From NCBI GenBank assembly GCA_964016885.1, contig OZ024741.1, positions 91,388,001 to 91,452,000 of the forward strand: a stretch of 64,000 nt of DNA, written 5' to 3'. Within the stretch, counting starts at the first letter, position 1. Each line of letters opens with the position of its first letter. Of the stretch, positions 38,109 through 57,054 are shown piece after piece. The position numbers were made by a program, and so were the translations under genes. The notes beneath the pieces were generated by a model that saw only the letters and a program-made list of their open reading frames with translations, did no database searches and was not told the origin of the DNA. This stretch comes from Eledone cirrhosa. Its lineage: Eukaryota.

Positions 38109-39205
38109 ATATATATATATATATATATATCGGTTTCGAGGATGAGTGTTCCAGTTGTTCGATCATCGTAACAGTCTGCTCGTCAGATTTACGTGCAAGT
38201 GACTGAGCATTCCATGGATCCTTAAAGTAATTCTCAGGAAAATGCAGCCTGACACAATGTGTGACAAAGCTGATCTCTTTGAAATATATGTACAGTCCAT
38301 CTGACGCACAGTCATGCAGTTTCCATCATACCAGTTTCAATCACATTGATGAGTTGATCCGAAACTATAGCAAATGACACTTTCCCAGAATGCCAGGCAA
38401 TGGGATCAAACCTTAGATCTAATGATTGTGAAGTTAACATTTTAATCATTCAACCATATTCCTTCAATATGAAGTCTTGCAGAAGTCTGTGCAATCGCAA
38501 ATTAATGTTATATGAATACATTCAAAACAGGGTGAAAGAGCGAATAAATAGGCATTTACTATACTTCTTCTCCGGTGATTTCCTTTGCTTATCTCCTTGT
38601 ATGGCATGTGAGCAGGAAATGAAATCATACCGTGTCCATCCACTTTGACGGCTGTCGAACGAATATAATGTTACTTTTTTGTTCCCTAACGTATTTTTTC
38701 GCGTCTTCGTTCTTTCCTGCAGTATTATTTATTTACGGTAATGCACACAGCCTTTTGTTCCATCTATACATATGCCCGAATGATTAAGAAGTTTGCTTTA
38801 CAATCAACAGGTACCGGGTTCGAACCCATTGCGTAGAATCCTGTGAGTGAAATTTAAATCAAAATGTCAGCCTTATCACATTCAATGTTACTGAGAATTA
38901 CATTATAGGTGCACTATCTGATGACTACTTAGTTTATGCGTTAATCTTACGAGTAGGCTGTTTCGTTCAAGGGTCAGCTGGAACATTCATCGTCGGAAGA
39001 GACGGAAATCCATTCCATAATTATGTCTCTGTTTCTGTTTCACTCTTTAATATTCAAAACAACTTTCACTTGTTGCAGTATTTAGACTGTGGCTTTGCTA
39101 GATCACTGCCTTCATTTACACACACACGCATACACACATTATATATACATATCAATATCATCATATATATATATATATATATATACATATATATATTTAT
39201 ATATA

Positions 39206-39596
39206 CAATGATATTAAATAAATGGAAACTATATTTATAAAACCATATTTATTCTATTATATATATTTCAAGGGTACCAAAAACTTTGGTACGCTTTCAT
39301 CAGATAACATACAAAGTGTGTTTTATAAATTTTGACATAGCCAAGGAACATACCTTAACGGTTGAAGTTTTCCTTGGATAAGGAAAGTTGGATAAGATAA
39401 CTTCAACCGTTAAGGTATGTTCCTTGGCTATATCAAAATTTATAATAGAATGAATATGGTTTTATAAATATAGTTTCTATTTATTTAATATCATTGAATA
39501 TTATACTCCAGAAAACTGTCGAGTGCTCTGAATCAGTTATAAACATTTATATTTGTTGAATTACCAGCAAATTGAATATCCCTTCTGCTTAGATTT
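39206..39596. mobile_element. Family A palindromic element, copy 3 (intact hammerhead 39250-39311 minus; right arm has the ribozyme deleted) with tail
   Basis: Homology to copies 1 and 2; minus: TATgTTAT CTGATGA AAGcGTACCAAA..TTTGGTACcCTT GAAA TATATA TA ATAGAATA. Confidence 0.8.
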
Positions 39597-39623
39597 ATAT
39601 ATACATATCTATACTATTACTGA

Positions 39624-39695
<72 letters not shown>

Positions 39696-39812
39696 ATGTC
39701 TCTCAAAGGCGCCGAAAAGATGCATCCTAGAGAAAAATGGTAAACCGGCACCCGAAAATGTTTGTTCTTATGATTTCTTGATGGTCATGACAAAACTAAG
39801 ACTCCCTGGAAA

Positions 39813-40290
39813 TTAAAGTCGTTTGAATTGAAATGGGACATTAGTGGGGATAAAAGGAATTTTTGGAACGAACACATCCTCTCCCCTACCATATCCTGTT
39901 GAAATGGTGGCTTGAATCACGTGTGGATACATATTTTTCACAACCAATCTAGTGCCGTTGCATAGCCATGGTGTGTCCAAATTTCTCAATAACATGATTT
40001 AAGGGGAAAGACACTTAAAGTCATTTCTGGTGGTTCTAAAGAATTGAGGAACTGTCGGGTAATTGACAGCTTCCAACTGTTGTCGATAGATCAATAGAAC
40101 TTTGAAACCTTTGGAATTCTTTTTAACAGCTCTTGATTTACCAATTTCACAGTCACATTTTTCGGGGCCAATATAGCTCTTTCACTGAGCCACTTGTGTC
40201 TTGCAAACTGATATTCATGATTAGGGAACACTTTTTCTACGAGACGAAATGATGATTCCATCATCGTGCCTATGGGACTTATATTAATAG
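39813..40290 (-). pseudogene. Helitron Pif1-type helicase fragment
   Basis: MLLRNLDTPWLCNGTRLVV...EDVFVPKIPFIP..PFQFKRL*FP and upstream WLSERAILAPKN; stops and frameshifts. Confidence 0.85.
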
Positions 40291-41029
40291 CTCCCTTTCT
40301 ATCGAGGTTATATGTGTATATACAAATACATACGTAGCACGAGAAAGATTTATTTCTTAAGTGAACTACTGATTTAGGATTGGTAATGAATCTTGGATAT
40401 AAGAAGAATTTTGTGCTAAATGTATAGGTTGTTTGGGCTAATTCTTAAGACATATTATAGGTGAATTGTAACTCTAACATTGGAAACATATTGAGTAATA
40501 TAAAGAAAATTTTAAGGCTAAAAATTTATCCCAGGCTGGGATGCAAGGTAATTAAAGTTGGATTAAAATGTCTGATTTCGATATTGCTTTTGATTATTTA
40601 CAAGGGTTTAGATAGAAGTATATGATTATCATTAAGTCAGTTTGGTTAGTTAGAATCTAAGTTATTTCGATTAGTTTGGGAGTCAGTATTGTTATGGAAA
40701 TGAGGAAGTGCGGTATCAGCTTTTGAAGGAATAGCTTAATTCTGATTTAATCAATTCTCAACCATCCTTTATTCTATATGTAAATTACCCTGGTAAGAAT
40801 AAGTTATTTTCAGTTATGTCTCACTTATTTGAAGAAACTAGTCATGACTATAGTGATTTCAGGTATTATGTGGGTTTATAGCATTTAAAAGTTTTCAGGA
40901 TTTTATGATTACATGAAATAATTAATTCTTGCTTTTTATTTAGTAACCTATCTTTGGATTTCATTATTTGGAACAGTTCCTGAGAACATAATTGGCACTC
41001 CCTTCTTTCGCCTTTTTTGTTAGTTCTTT

Positions 41030-42050
41030 TTAGGACACTCCAAATCTAGTTTGTATGGTATAATTTTTCTTTTTAAAATTGTTAATAGTTTTCGCTAGTG
41101 AGGTAGTATTATCTAATTTAGTATTTTTAAAAGAATGTGTACGGGAATAGAACCTTTTCTTAAATGAGTTAAAGGTAGCCCCTATGTAGTATTGCGTAGA
41201 GTCCTTAGTAATTACCTTACATTTATACACTATGTTGCTAATCAAGCAATTGCCATTAAGGGGGCAGTTGGTTTTAATCCTACAGCTACATCTATTCGCT
41301 TAGGATTTGTTGCGTAATTTACTATTATCATTTATTATTACGGTGGATTGGCAGTATTGGTAAAGGGTCGGACGCCATGCTTTGCAGCAAAGAGTTACGT
41401 CCCTTTATGGTCTGAGTTCAAATCCCGCCGAGGTTAACTTTGCCTTTCATCCTTACGGGGTCGATAAAATGAAGCACCAGTAATAATACACTGGGATAAT
41501 TTCTGGCCTTGTGCCAAATCTAGAAACAATTATTTATGTTATTACTATTATATATGTTACTATCATTAATGGGATCACCAGTTGTAGTTGTGTCTACTTC
41601 GTTGGTAGTGTTACTACCTGAGGATGGTATTATGGGTACAGAATCGTTATGTATTAGGTTTGTTTGTGTTAGATTAGTTGGTGCTGGGCTGGTTGCGGGT
41701 ACATTTTCTATAATGTGACTAGTTGGGGAGATTACTAGATCTTGATGGTTGCTGGATAAATCATTTATTTGACCTAAGGTAGTGCGTATTATGCAGGTTG
41801 TGGGTGTGTAGTTAGTATAATTGGATGTATTTTGGTTTACATTGTGAGTAATATTAGGTGTAAGACTAGTTCCGTATATTTGTAGGGGGTGAGTTATGGG
41901 TGTATCCCCCACCATCCTGCATTTATAGAGATTCATTGCGCTTATATTCTGCTGCAGATTAGCAGATGTAGAATAGGAAATACAGCAATTTATAAGTTAG
42001 TCCAATAACCAAGTGTTTTCACTATATCTGAATTAGAACAGCCAAGTAAA
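41030..42050 (-). pseudogene. Degenerate Penelope-like element (thumb end, long Thr/Asn-rich linker, GIY-YIG), interrupted by a SINE
   Basis: ISYSTSANLQQNISAMN; CSCRIKTNCPLNGNCLISNIVYKCKV..YYIGATFNSFKKRF. Confidence 0.8.
41341..41532 (+). mobile_element. SINE inserted within the PLE
   Basis: ctgagttcaaatcccgccgaggttaactttgcctttcatcc...ctggccttgtgcc; AT-rich flanks. Confidence 0.7.
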
Positions 42051-42638
42051 AATCTTCTTTGTTAGTTTATTTTATATCTTATCAACCTGGTATTTAGCAT
42101 CTATCTATTAAGACATCTTCTCATTGAAGATTTATTACACCTAGGACACTCACTACAATAATCACCTCCTCCTCCTACCCCTTCTTCCATCTCTTCCTAT
42201 CTATCCTCCTATCATCTACCCCTCCTAATATACCCCCTCTTCTTTTATCCCTCCCATTCTACCCCTTCATCTTATTCTTTGTCTTTGCTCTGCTTCTTCA
42301 TCCACTTACTCCCCACTCAATCAGTCTGAAGAGGCAATCAGGAATATATATTTATATAGTATGTCTATTCTTATATCTACCCTTTTTATATACTAACAAT
42401 ACAGATTCTAACTTCATCGTTTCCGAAGACGGTTTGATCAAACCTATATATATGATGTCTGATAGTATACAGTTATATAACTACTATAGACCAACCCTCC
42501 TAAACGACCGTAAAACAACGACATGAATAGGTAAAATAACTTGACTTTGTTATTATTTTCATTGTTTAATTAATATCTAATACATACATATATATACACA
42601 TATATACACACATATATATACATACATACATACATACA

Positions 42639-42674
<36 letters not shown>

Positions 42675-42744
42675 CATACATATACATACGTACACATATA
42701 CATATACATACATACATACATAAAAACACTCTACAATGCAACCC

Positions 42745-43200
42745 GTAGAAAAGATAGTCCCGATAATAAACACATTAAAAGTTACAGCAATGTGGAAGAC
42801 ATATATATACATAATATAAAACGGTACTGGTGGAATGTTCCAATAAAAACCCCAATAAAATGCAGGCATAACAGACCTGATATGATGATATGGGACAGGG
42901 ACAAGAAGGAATGCACAGTAGTGGAAGTTATCTGCCCAGCAGATGCCAATATAATATCAAAGATTAGCGAAAAGGAGAATATTTATGCAGAACTGATGAG
43001 AAATCTGCAGATACTCCACCCTGACTATACCTTCAGATTTATGCCTGTGATTATTGGGGAACTGGGATATGTTAGTAACTGCCTCAATACAAATCTTGAG
43101 AAGCTAGGCTTCACAGAAACACGACTAGTTAGGAAATTACAAGTACAATCCAGTAATGGAACAGTAAAAATATGTAAAACATTCCAAAAATTCTGCAACT
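42745..43200 (+). pseudogene. R4/Dong-clade non-LTR retrotransposon 3' fragment (restriction-like endonuclease)
   Basis: YWWNVPIKT..HNRPDMMIWDRDKKECTVVEVICP..EKENIYAEL..PVIIGELG. Confidence 0.85.
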
Positions 43201-43325
43201 AATAACTGCATATACACTTGTACAGATACAAAGCATATGCACATGCACACATACAACTCAAAACATCCACATCCACACATACAATAACATCCATACATAT
43301 ATACACATACACATATACATGTATG

Positions 43326-43372
<47 letters not shown>

Positions 43373-43402
43373 AAAATTAATTAAATTAAATTAAATTAAG
43401 GG

Positions 43403-43874
43403 ACTCATGTCCGAGACATGCGCCATATCAACAGTAGAATAAGCTCAAAGATTCCAATGAATAGATCCGAGCATTTTATATCAACTAGAAATTGATTGAC
43501 ATATATATATATATATTTAAAATAAACACATGAAACAATCACAATGTTGTTAGTAGTTTTATAATTGCAACACGTGCGATAAGTCACTCGCAGATTTGCA
43601 TTTGATGTGTAAACACAGATAGTTAAATCTTCTCCCTTGCTGAAGAGACGGAATTTCACTACTGTGACTTTACGGATTATTGGTGAAATATATTTCTTTA
43701 ATGAGATATATACAAGGAAGATTAATCATTTTTAAAAGGTAATATTTGAAGCTCTAGTTAAACTTTAATTAGTTACCTACCTAGCTATGTGTGATTACAC
43801 ACTTTACAAATTATCCCATGTGATTGTTTCATGTGTTTATTTTAAATATATATATATGTCAATCAATTTCTAGT

Positions 43875-43881
<7 letters not shown>
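43403..43881. mobile_element. Inverted-repeat element with one-sided extension
   Basis: 43477-43543 is the reverse complement of 43818-43881; bounded by TA-rich tracts. Confidence 0.55.
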
Positions 43882-43910
<29 letters not shown>

Positions 43911-43914
<4 letters not shown>

Positions 43915-44355
43915 GAATCACCAGATAAAATATATACCATTTCCTCTCCCAATTAACACAATTAACCATATAAAAAATCGATTAGACCAAGCTATAAGAA
44001 TAAGGCTTCTATGACGAAATCTGTCCACTTTTCTCCTAGTTTATTTTACACCTAATTCTGTTTAATTGACTGTATATCTTGGCGATTCATACACGCTGTC
44101 GAAATATTCGATAAATATTCCGTCGCAGCCGACGCGAAGGGCTGGTTTCGGTTATTTGTCGGAGACTTCTTCATAGAAGCCTTATTCTTATAGCTTGGTC
44201 TAATTGATTTTTTATATGGTTAATTATGCTAATTGGGAGAGGAAATGGTATATATTTTATCTGGGGATTCTATAGACATGTTTTATGATATATAGCTCTG
44301 ATTATTTAATTTATTAACTTTTCATTGAGCCACAAAGTGACCCGTTGCAAAACAC

Positions 44356-44356
<1 letters not shown>
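43911..44356. mobile_element. Inverted-repeat element (arms 43911-44020 and 44165-44274) with ~80-bp one-sided tail
   Basis: ccagataaaatatataccatttcctctccc.. mirrored by gggagaggaaatggtatatattttatctgg; (TA)n on both sides. Confidence 0.65.
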
Positions 44357-44413
<57 letters not shown>

Positions 44414-45241
44414 CTTTATATATATATATTATATATATATTTACATATACATATGCATATATACATACATATATACATATATATATATCCATAAATATAT
44501 ATACGCATTTACATATTTGTTGCCAGCACTAGAAATGGTATCTGGACTTGAAGCATTACCTAAATATTAACCCCACGATGGGTATAAAGCCTGTCATTGG
44601 ATCTGCTTAGCTTACCCGTGAATTAGCAGGGAAATTAGCCTTAAAACGTTTGTTCTTGTTTGTTTGTGTACACAAGCACACCCACATACATACGTATATA
44701 AACACACTCACGCCTATACACCCTTCACACACATACATATATAAACACACGCACACATATACACCCCCAACACACACATACAATCTGTTGAACGCATTGT
44801 GTTTGCTGACTGGAAACCGGTTCTTCCTATATTAGTAAGAAATAAAAAAATAAAAAAACATCTGAGTATTTGAGTAAATATTAAACTATCTATTTATATT
44901 AAGTTTTGTCTATTAGAAGAAACCTAACGCTATTTACCCTGTATATTCTCTCATATATTCATAGTGCATTATCACACATATATTCATACCTATATATGTA
45001 TAATGCATGATCACATCTTTGTAATTGCCGAAATACACGCAAGAGTTATATAATAATTATATCACTATATACGCGTATATTATTTATGGTATTAAAAATG
45101 TGGAAAATCGTATTACAAAATCCCAAAAATTCTTAACATCAAACATTGCGATTTCACACAAACTCATTCATATGCACATTACACATGCATGCATATACTC
45201 GCGTACTTTCAGTCATTCACACATGCACAATTTATATATGT

Positions 45242-46195
45242 ACTAGCATTAAAGCTCGGCGTTGCTCGGGGTCATTAAGTTACCAAAGTTAGGTTGCACC
45301 ACCCATTTTATGGCAGCACTTTTTTGTCTGCCAGGCACTGGATGAATGAATTGCAGACCTGGAAGCATGAGCAGTGACAATTGTAGTTTCGCCTATGGAT
45401 ATTATCTCTGTGCAAAAAAGTGTTGAAATTTATTGTTTCACAGTACTTGCGCAACACGCGCGTAGACGATGCCAGCCGAACAACAGAGCTGCGATGGAGT
45501 TGTTCTGCATGGTTGTCTGTGTGTTTTCTAAATTTAAGACAGTAGGGAGGGTTGTGATATGAGAGAGAGTTAGCTGTTGTTTCTAGCAGGTTTAGTGACC
45601 TCATAGAGGATATGTGTTTTCTAAATATAAGACAGTAGGGAGTGGTGTGATATGGGGGAGAGTTAGCTGCAGTTTCTAGCAGGTTTAGTGACCTCATAGA
45701 GGATATGTTTTCTAAATTTAAGACAGTAGGGAGGGGTGTGATATGGGGGAGAGTTAGCTGCTGTTTCTAGCAGGTTTAGTAACCTCATAGAGGATATGTG
45801 TTTTCTAAATTTAAGACAGTAGGGAGTGGTGTGATATGGGGGAGAGTTAGCTGCTGTTTCTAGCAGGTTTAGTAACCTCATAGAGGATATGTGTTTTCTA
45901 AATTTAAGACAGTAGGGAGTGGTGTGAACGGACAGTATCACCATCAAGCTTGGAAAGAGAAAGTAGCAGAAAGTATGAAGTTGTATAGATTTTGAATGGT
46001 AATAGAAAGGGTTCAGCAGTTTAAATGAGAGAGAAAAATCGTAAAATATTGAGTTTTATCTATTTTTTGCGTAATTGTGGGTGAAATTGAAAAAATTATC
46101 TGCGTCAAGACGCAATCGAAGCTATTTCGAATACTGAGTTGTAAATTTCAATTGAAGAAATTCTATACCGTAGATTTCTATAACGAAGGAGCATG
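45242..46195 (+). mobile_element. Helentron/DINE-like non-autonomous element carrying a tandem array
   Basis: Starts actagca..gctcggcgttgctcggg; ends aaatttca..cgtagatttctata. Confidence 0.5.
45521..45927. repeat. Tandem repeat, ~92-93 bp x 4.4
   Basis: gtgttttctaaatttaagacagtagggag...cctcatagaggatat repeated. Confidence 0.95.
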
Positions 46196-46290
46196 ATATA
46201 TATACATACTCTTTTACTCTTTTACTCTTTTACCTGTTTCAGCCATCCGGCTGAGGCCATGCTGGGGCACCGCCCTTGTTGCTACACATT

Positions 46291-49200
46291 TTATCTCCAG
46301 CCTGTATAGGTTGGCCACTGGTGTAGGAGGGAGTTTGTTGCTGCTGCCCTTAGGTTTCCCTCGTGTCTTGCTGTGGGCTCATCCGGGATCCTGGATAACA
46401 AGGTGTCGAGATGTTTCTTAAAGACATCCACGTCCACGTCATGCAAGTCTCGCAGATGCCTCGGCAGCCTGTTGAAGAGTTGAGGGCCCTTGAATCCCAG
46501 GCTATTGCAATACCTGCTCCTTATTCTAGATGTGGAAGACGGGACCTTTGGCACCACACAGTGACGTCCTGTTCGACGGTTGGTCCAGCTCCCAATGCCA
46601 AAGTTTGGTGCTAGTCCCTCCAGGATTTTCCACATGTAGATCACTGCGTATCTCTCCCGTCTTCGCTCCAAGGAGTAGAGGTTCAGTTCCCTCAGCCTCT
46701 CCCAGTAGCTTGTCTCCCTCATCCTGGCAATCCTCTTGGTGTAGCTTCGCTGGATTGCCTCAAGCTCCGTGGTTAGTTTGACACTATGGGGTGACCACAG
46801 CTGGGAGCAGTAGTCCAGGCGGCTTAGGACAAAAGTCCTCCACAGTGTCAACATGGTGTCTCGATCTCTTGTAAGGAAAGTCCTCAAGATCCAGCCAGCG
46901 AATCGTCTACATGCTGTCGCCACCTTCATAATGTGTGAAGAAAAAGATGCATCATCGCTCATGTCTATGCCCAGGTCTCGTATCGATTTTGACACGGGGA
47001 TATCGGTCCCTCCTGGTCCTGTGTAGCTGTGTTCCGCTATATTTGTGTTTGTGTTTGCAGGTTTGTATTGTAGGGCTTGGAATTTGCCAGCATTAAACTG
47101 CATGTTGTTTTCTTCCGCCCATCTGTATATGGCATCCAGATCCTGCTGTAAGAGGGCAGCGTCAGCCGGGTTTTTGATTGCCTGTGCTACCTTAGTGTCA
47201 TCAGCATAGCTAGTGAGGGATGTTGTTGCATGCACCACAGAGGGCATGTCCGAGAGAGCCACCAAAAACAGTAGTGGTCCCAGGACTGTCCCCTGAGGCA
47301 CCCCACTTGTTATCGGTGTTTCCCTCGAGAGGGCCCCATTTTCTGCGACTGCCTGGCTTCTGTCCCTTAGGAAGCCATGCAGCCACTCACCTACTTTTCC
47401 AGTTATGCCGAGTCCGTGTAGTTTGTGACATATCATTCCGTGGTCGACCTTGTCAAAGGCCTTCGCAAAGTCAAGATATATCACGTCTACATGTGAGCTG
47501 TCTAGTAGCTGTCTCAGTACCCAGTCGTAGTGATGTAGCAGCTGTGTAAGGCAGCTTCTTCCTGGGCGGAAGCCATGTTGCGTGCTAGTCAGGCGGTCAT
47601 TTTCTTCGAGGAAAGTGATTAGTTTCTTTCTGACGACTCGCTCCATGACCTTACTGATATGCGACGTCAGGGAGACTGGCCTATAGTTCTTGGCCTCCGC
47701 TCTACTACCTCCTTTATGGATAGGGCATATTGTGCCTTCTTTCAGCTCCCTGGGTAGTACACCGCTAGCCAAGGAGCTTCTGAAGAGCATCTTCAGTGGA
47801 GTTGCTAAGGCCCGCTTACATATTTTTAGGAGAACTGCTGGGAATCCATCAGGTCCAGCAGCCGAGTCTGTTCTAATTTCATCAATGGCGTACACCACAT
47901 CCTCCTCCGTTATGTCTATGTGGTTGATGGTTGCCATTTCTTGATGTAGTGTTGTGGCATCAAAGAACTCCTCTGGCTTCGTTATTTGCATGTGCCTCAG
48001 TGGACATGTGAAGACACTTTTGTACTGTTCGTTCAGTATTTCACATATCTCTTGGGGATTTTCGGTTAATGAACCGTCCGTGTGGAAGAGTGGTCCAATC
48101 TTGCAGTGTACTGAGGCAGTTTCTTTTGCAAATTTAAAGAAGGCCTTAGGGTTTGTTTTAATGTTTTCTATGGCCCTGTTCTCTTTCCTTGCCCTCTCAT
48201 TCTCATGTGAAAGCTTGAGTGCAATGTCGGTGTCAAGTAGTGCACGTTTCAAATAGGATTCCTTCTTGTTTTGGTTTTGTTGACTATTCAACTGGTTTGA
48301 GAGTTTAGTTCTACGTCTCATAAGGATTTTCCTATCTCTGGGAATAAGATTTTTGTGTCTGTTTGCCTCTTTCTCCGGGACACACTTTTTGCATATGGTG
48401 TGTATCGTTGTCATGAAGTGTTGAAATTGTGTGTTAGTGTCTTGTGTGGCGATGTTTGCACTCCATGTTTGCTTCCGGATTTCACTCTTAATCTTCTTCC
48501 AGTCAGCCCCGTAGAAGTTAAGGCTGGATAGCGTCCCGGAGCTTCTTGGTGGTTTTGTCTCTGTTGGTTCTCTTGGATCACATATCATTAGCTCTACCAA
48601 GTTATGATCCGAGAGAATTGTTGGTGTCACCTTTACATTGTGGATGAGCACTTCGTTGTTTGTAAAACAGAGGTCCAGGACATTTTCGCCTCTTGTTGGG
48701 AGGAGTATTGCTTGCTCCATGAACAGCCTGTGTGTGAGGGCCAGCAGGGATTCCGTCTGTCTCTGTTCTATTGACGTCATTCCAGGGAGGAGGTGGCCCT
48801 CAGGCCATTTGACCTTTGGTAGGTTGAAGTCTCCCAGCAGTAGGATGTTGAGACCCTGGTCCAGTTTGTCAAGGACCTCTTCTATCCTACTTAGGCTATC
48901 CTCAAATTTACCCTCATGACTGGGGGCATCGGGCGGCCGATATGTGACACATATTACCGTCTGTAGTTGCTTCATATGTATTATCAGTGTGTCACAGACT
49001 GAGTTTGAATGTGTCAACAGTACAATTGGTGTGACATCTTCACAGATATACAGAGCAACCCCACCATGAGTTCTCTCCTTCCTGTCCGAACGAAATACAG
49101 TATATTTCGGTATATGTATTTCTGCATCTGCTATACTGCTTGTCAGGTGCGTTTCGGTTAGTGCCATGCATAGTGCTTGATTGCTTATGGCTAAGTCTCC

Positions 49201-49332
49201 CAGGTAGGAAATTTTACTCATGTTGCTGAGTTTCACCAGGCCCCTGACATTCAGCAGCAGCACTGGTGTGACTTTTGGGGTGCCAGTAATGGCTGTCGGT
49301 ATGACACCTGGTCTGGTGTCAGCGGCGGCCAC
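46291..49332 (-). CDS. LINE ORF2: APE endonuclease + reverse transcriptase (1013 aa, uninterrupted)
   Basis: LNVRGL, LTETHL, GGVALY, YRPP, GDFN, LDL, SDH; [54 protein letters not shown]. Confidence 0.96.
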   Translation of the reverse strand: MAAADTRPGVIPTAITGTPKVTPVLLLNVRGLVKLSNMSKISYLGDLAISNQALCMALTETHLTSSIADAEIHIPKYTVFRSDRKERTHGGVALYICEDVTPIVLLTHSNSVCDTLIIHMKQLQTVICVTYRPPDAPSHEGKFEDSLSRIEEVLDKLDQGLNILLLGDFNLPKVKWPEGHLLPGMTSIEQRQTESLLALTHRLFMEQAILLPTRGENVLDLCFTNNEVLIHNVKVTPTILSDHNLVELMICDPREPTETKPPRSSGTLSSLNFYGADWKKIKSEIRKQTWSANIATQDTNTQFQHFMTTIHTICKKCVPEKEANRHKNLIPRDRKILMRRRTKLSNQLNSQQNQNKKESYLKRALLDTDIALKLSHENERARKENRAIENIKTNPKAFFKFAKETASVHCKIGPLFHTDGSLTENPQEICEILNEQYKSVFTCPLRHMQITKPEEFFDATTLHQEMATINHIDITEEDVVYAIDEIRTDSAAGPDGFPAVLLKICKRALATPLKMLFRSSLASGVLPRELKEGTICPIHKGGSRAEAKNYRPVSLTSHISKVMERVVRKKLITFLEENDRLTSTQHGFRPGRSCLTQLLHHYDWVLRQLLDSSHVDVIYLDFAKAFDKVDHGMICHKLHGLGITGKVGEWLHGFLRDRSQAVAENGALSRETPITSGVPQGTVLGPLLFLVALSDMPSVVHATTSLTSYADDTKVAQAIKNPADAALLQQDLDAIYRWAEENNMQFNAGKFQALQYKPANTNTNIAEHSYTGPGGTDIPVSKSIRDLGIDMSDDASFSSHIMKVATACRRFAGWILRTFLTRDRDTMLTLWRTFVLSRLDYCSQLWSPHSVKLTTELEAIQRSYTKRIARMRETSYWERLRELNLYSLERRRERYAVIYMWKILEGLAPNFGIGSWTNRRTGRHCVVPKVPSSTSRIRSRYCNSLGFKGPQLFNRLPRHLRDLHDVDVDVFKKHLDTLLSRIPDEPTARHEGNLRAAATNSLLHQWPTYTGWR

Positions 49333-49660
49333 TCTGGGTCCCTTAACTGCGGTGGTCTCGAGTGCTGGTGTGGATGACCCTGGCTCTGGAGACGATGCAG
49401 CCAGGTCAGCTGTCCCACAATCTTCTCTGCCATCACTAAAAAATGTTTCTGATCTGCTGCTGCCATCTGTATCTCGTCGGCATGTGCGTGCCTTCTCCTT
49501 GTTGGTGCAGCACGCGCGACATCAGCATACTTCTGGAGCGGCTTATTTCGGCTTTGGCTGGGGCATGTTGCGCGAGTATGATGGGCATAGTTCGTTTGGG
49601 ACCTAGGGTGGGCGAATCTGCATCCCATCCCTGTCTCTCCATGCCAGCATGTCCCGTTCT
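49251..49660 (-). CDS. LINE ORF1 C-terminal part with CCCH-like zinc finger remnant; overlaps the ORF2 start
   Basis: [19 protein letters not shown]...AADQKHFLV...QCCC*; truncated by (TA)n. Confidence 0.6.
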
Positions 49661-54180
<4,520 letters not shown>

Positions 54181-54790
54181 TGGTGGCTGCCAACTCGTTT
54201 TCGAGTACGGCCACTACTTTATATCCATGTAGGAGAACCCCTACCGATGCGCTGAACGAGTGTGACTTTTTAGTCCAGCCAGTGACTTGAAAACTCTGGT
54301 ACAAACACTACACTTGTGACAATTACTGACACATAGTGCTGGGCCCATGGTACCATGTGACGACAAGTGCAGAGAGATCTCCAGATATAAAGCAATGCCT
54401 GTGCCGTGAAGCTTTTATAGTGAGCAAAGGCACTGCACAAAGCCAGTCCCACTCTCTTAACCAAGATGATATTTACCAAAAAGAAGAACAAGTCAACATC
54501 ATTGGATACCATCAGGGTTGCAGGTGTTATATCAGAGTTTTCCTTCTCCTAGAAATCTGCCTTGACAAAGGCTAAGGGGTCATCTCTCCCGGTGATTTTG
54601 GATGGCCATTGACTCTTAAGAGCTCCTTTGCCCTTTGACAGGTTTTGTTTTTAGTCCTGCAGGATGTCCAAAGTCACCCTCCTCACCAAGAAACCTTGGT
54701 GGGTTTGCCAGTTTAGTCGCCAACGACCCGACCATGGGACAGGTTGTACTGGGATACATGTTACCAGTAGCACCAACTGGTGACCTGACA
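54181..54790 (-). mobile_element. Bipartite RTE-derived element, copy 2 (HDV-like motif 54708-54786)
   Basis: Collinear and near-identical to 3485-4090 with the same two ends. Confidence 0.85.
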
Positions 54791-56340
<1,550 letters not shown>

Positions 56341-56426
56341 TTCCACATAGGAGTGACGGAGTAAATATCGAATAAGGAAAAGCGAAGTAGTTTCAGATGT
56401 TCTATATATATATATATATATATATA

Positions 56427-56670
56427 TGGTGGCTGCCAACTCGTTTTCGAGTACGGCTTCTACTTTATATCCATGTGACTTTTTAGTTCAGCCATTGACT
56501 TGAAAACTCTTGTACAAAGACTAAACTTGCGGCAATTACTGACACATAGAGCTGGGCCCATAGTACCATGTGACGACACGTGCAGAGAGATCTCCAGATA
56601 TAAAACAATGCCTCCGCCGTGAAGCTTTTATAGTGAGCAAAGGCACTGCACAAAGCCAGTCCCACTCTCT
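56427..56670 (-). mobile_element. 5'-truncated copy of the RTE-derived element
   Basis: Homologous to 3485-3758. Confidence 0.8.
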
Positions 56671-57054
56671 TAATACATATACATACATATATATACATAT
56701 ATACATACATATACATACACATATACTTATATATACATATATATACATACACATATACATATATATATATATATATATATACATACATATACATACATAT
56801 ATACATATACATATATATATACGCATACATATACATATATATATATATACATATACATACATATATATACATACATATACATACATATATATACATACAT
56901 ATACATACATATATATATAACATACATATACATACATATATACATACATATATATATATACATACATATATACATACATATACATACATTCATATATATA
57001 TATACATACATATACATACATACATATATATATATATATACATACATATACATG

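Larger units (their letters stand above)
46207..49660 (-). mobile_element. CR1-group LINE, 5'-truncated within ORF1, with (TAAAAGAG)n 3' tail
   Basis: ORF1 tail, intact ORF2, short 3' UTR and tandem tail at 46207-46233; TA repeats at both junctions. Confidence 0.92.

Noticed and set aside
38630-38716. Possible minus-strand exon (KNEDAKKYVREQKSNIIFVRQPSKWMDT between cag and gtatga)
   Set aside because: Weak polypyrimidine tract, no recognisable homology, and it cannot be linked to a gene
45308-45947. 129-aa and 94-aa repetitive ORFs
   Set aside because: They arise from the ~93-bp tandem repeat and frameshift between units
46411-49606. Plus-strand ORFs of 67-128 aa within the LINE
   Set aside because: Antisense shadows of ORF2 with no motifs
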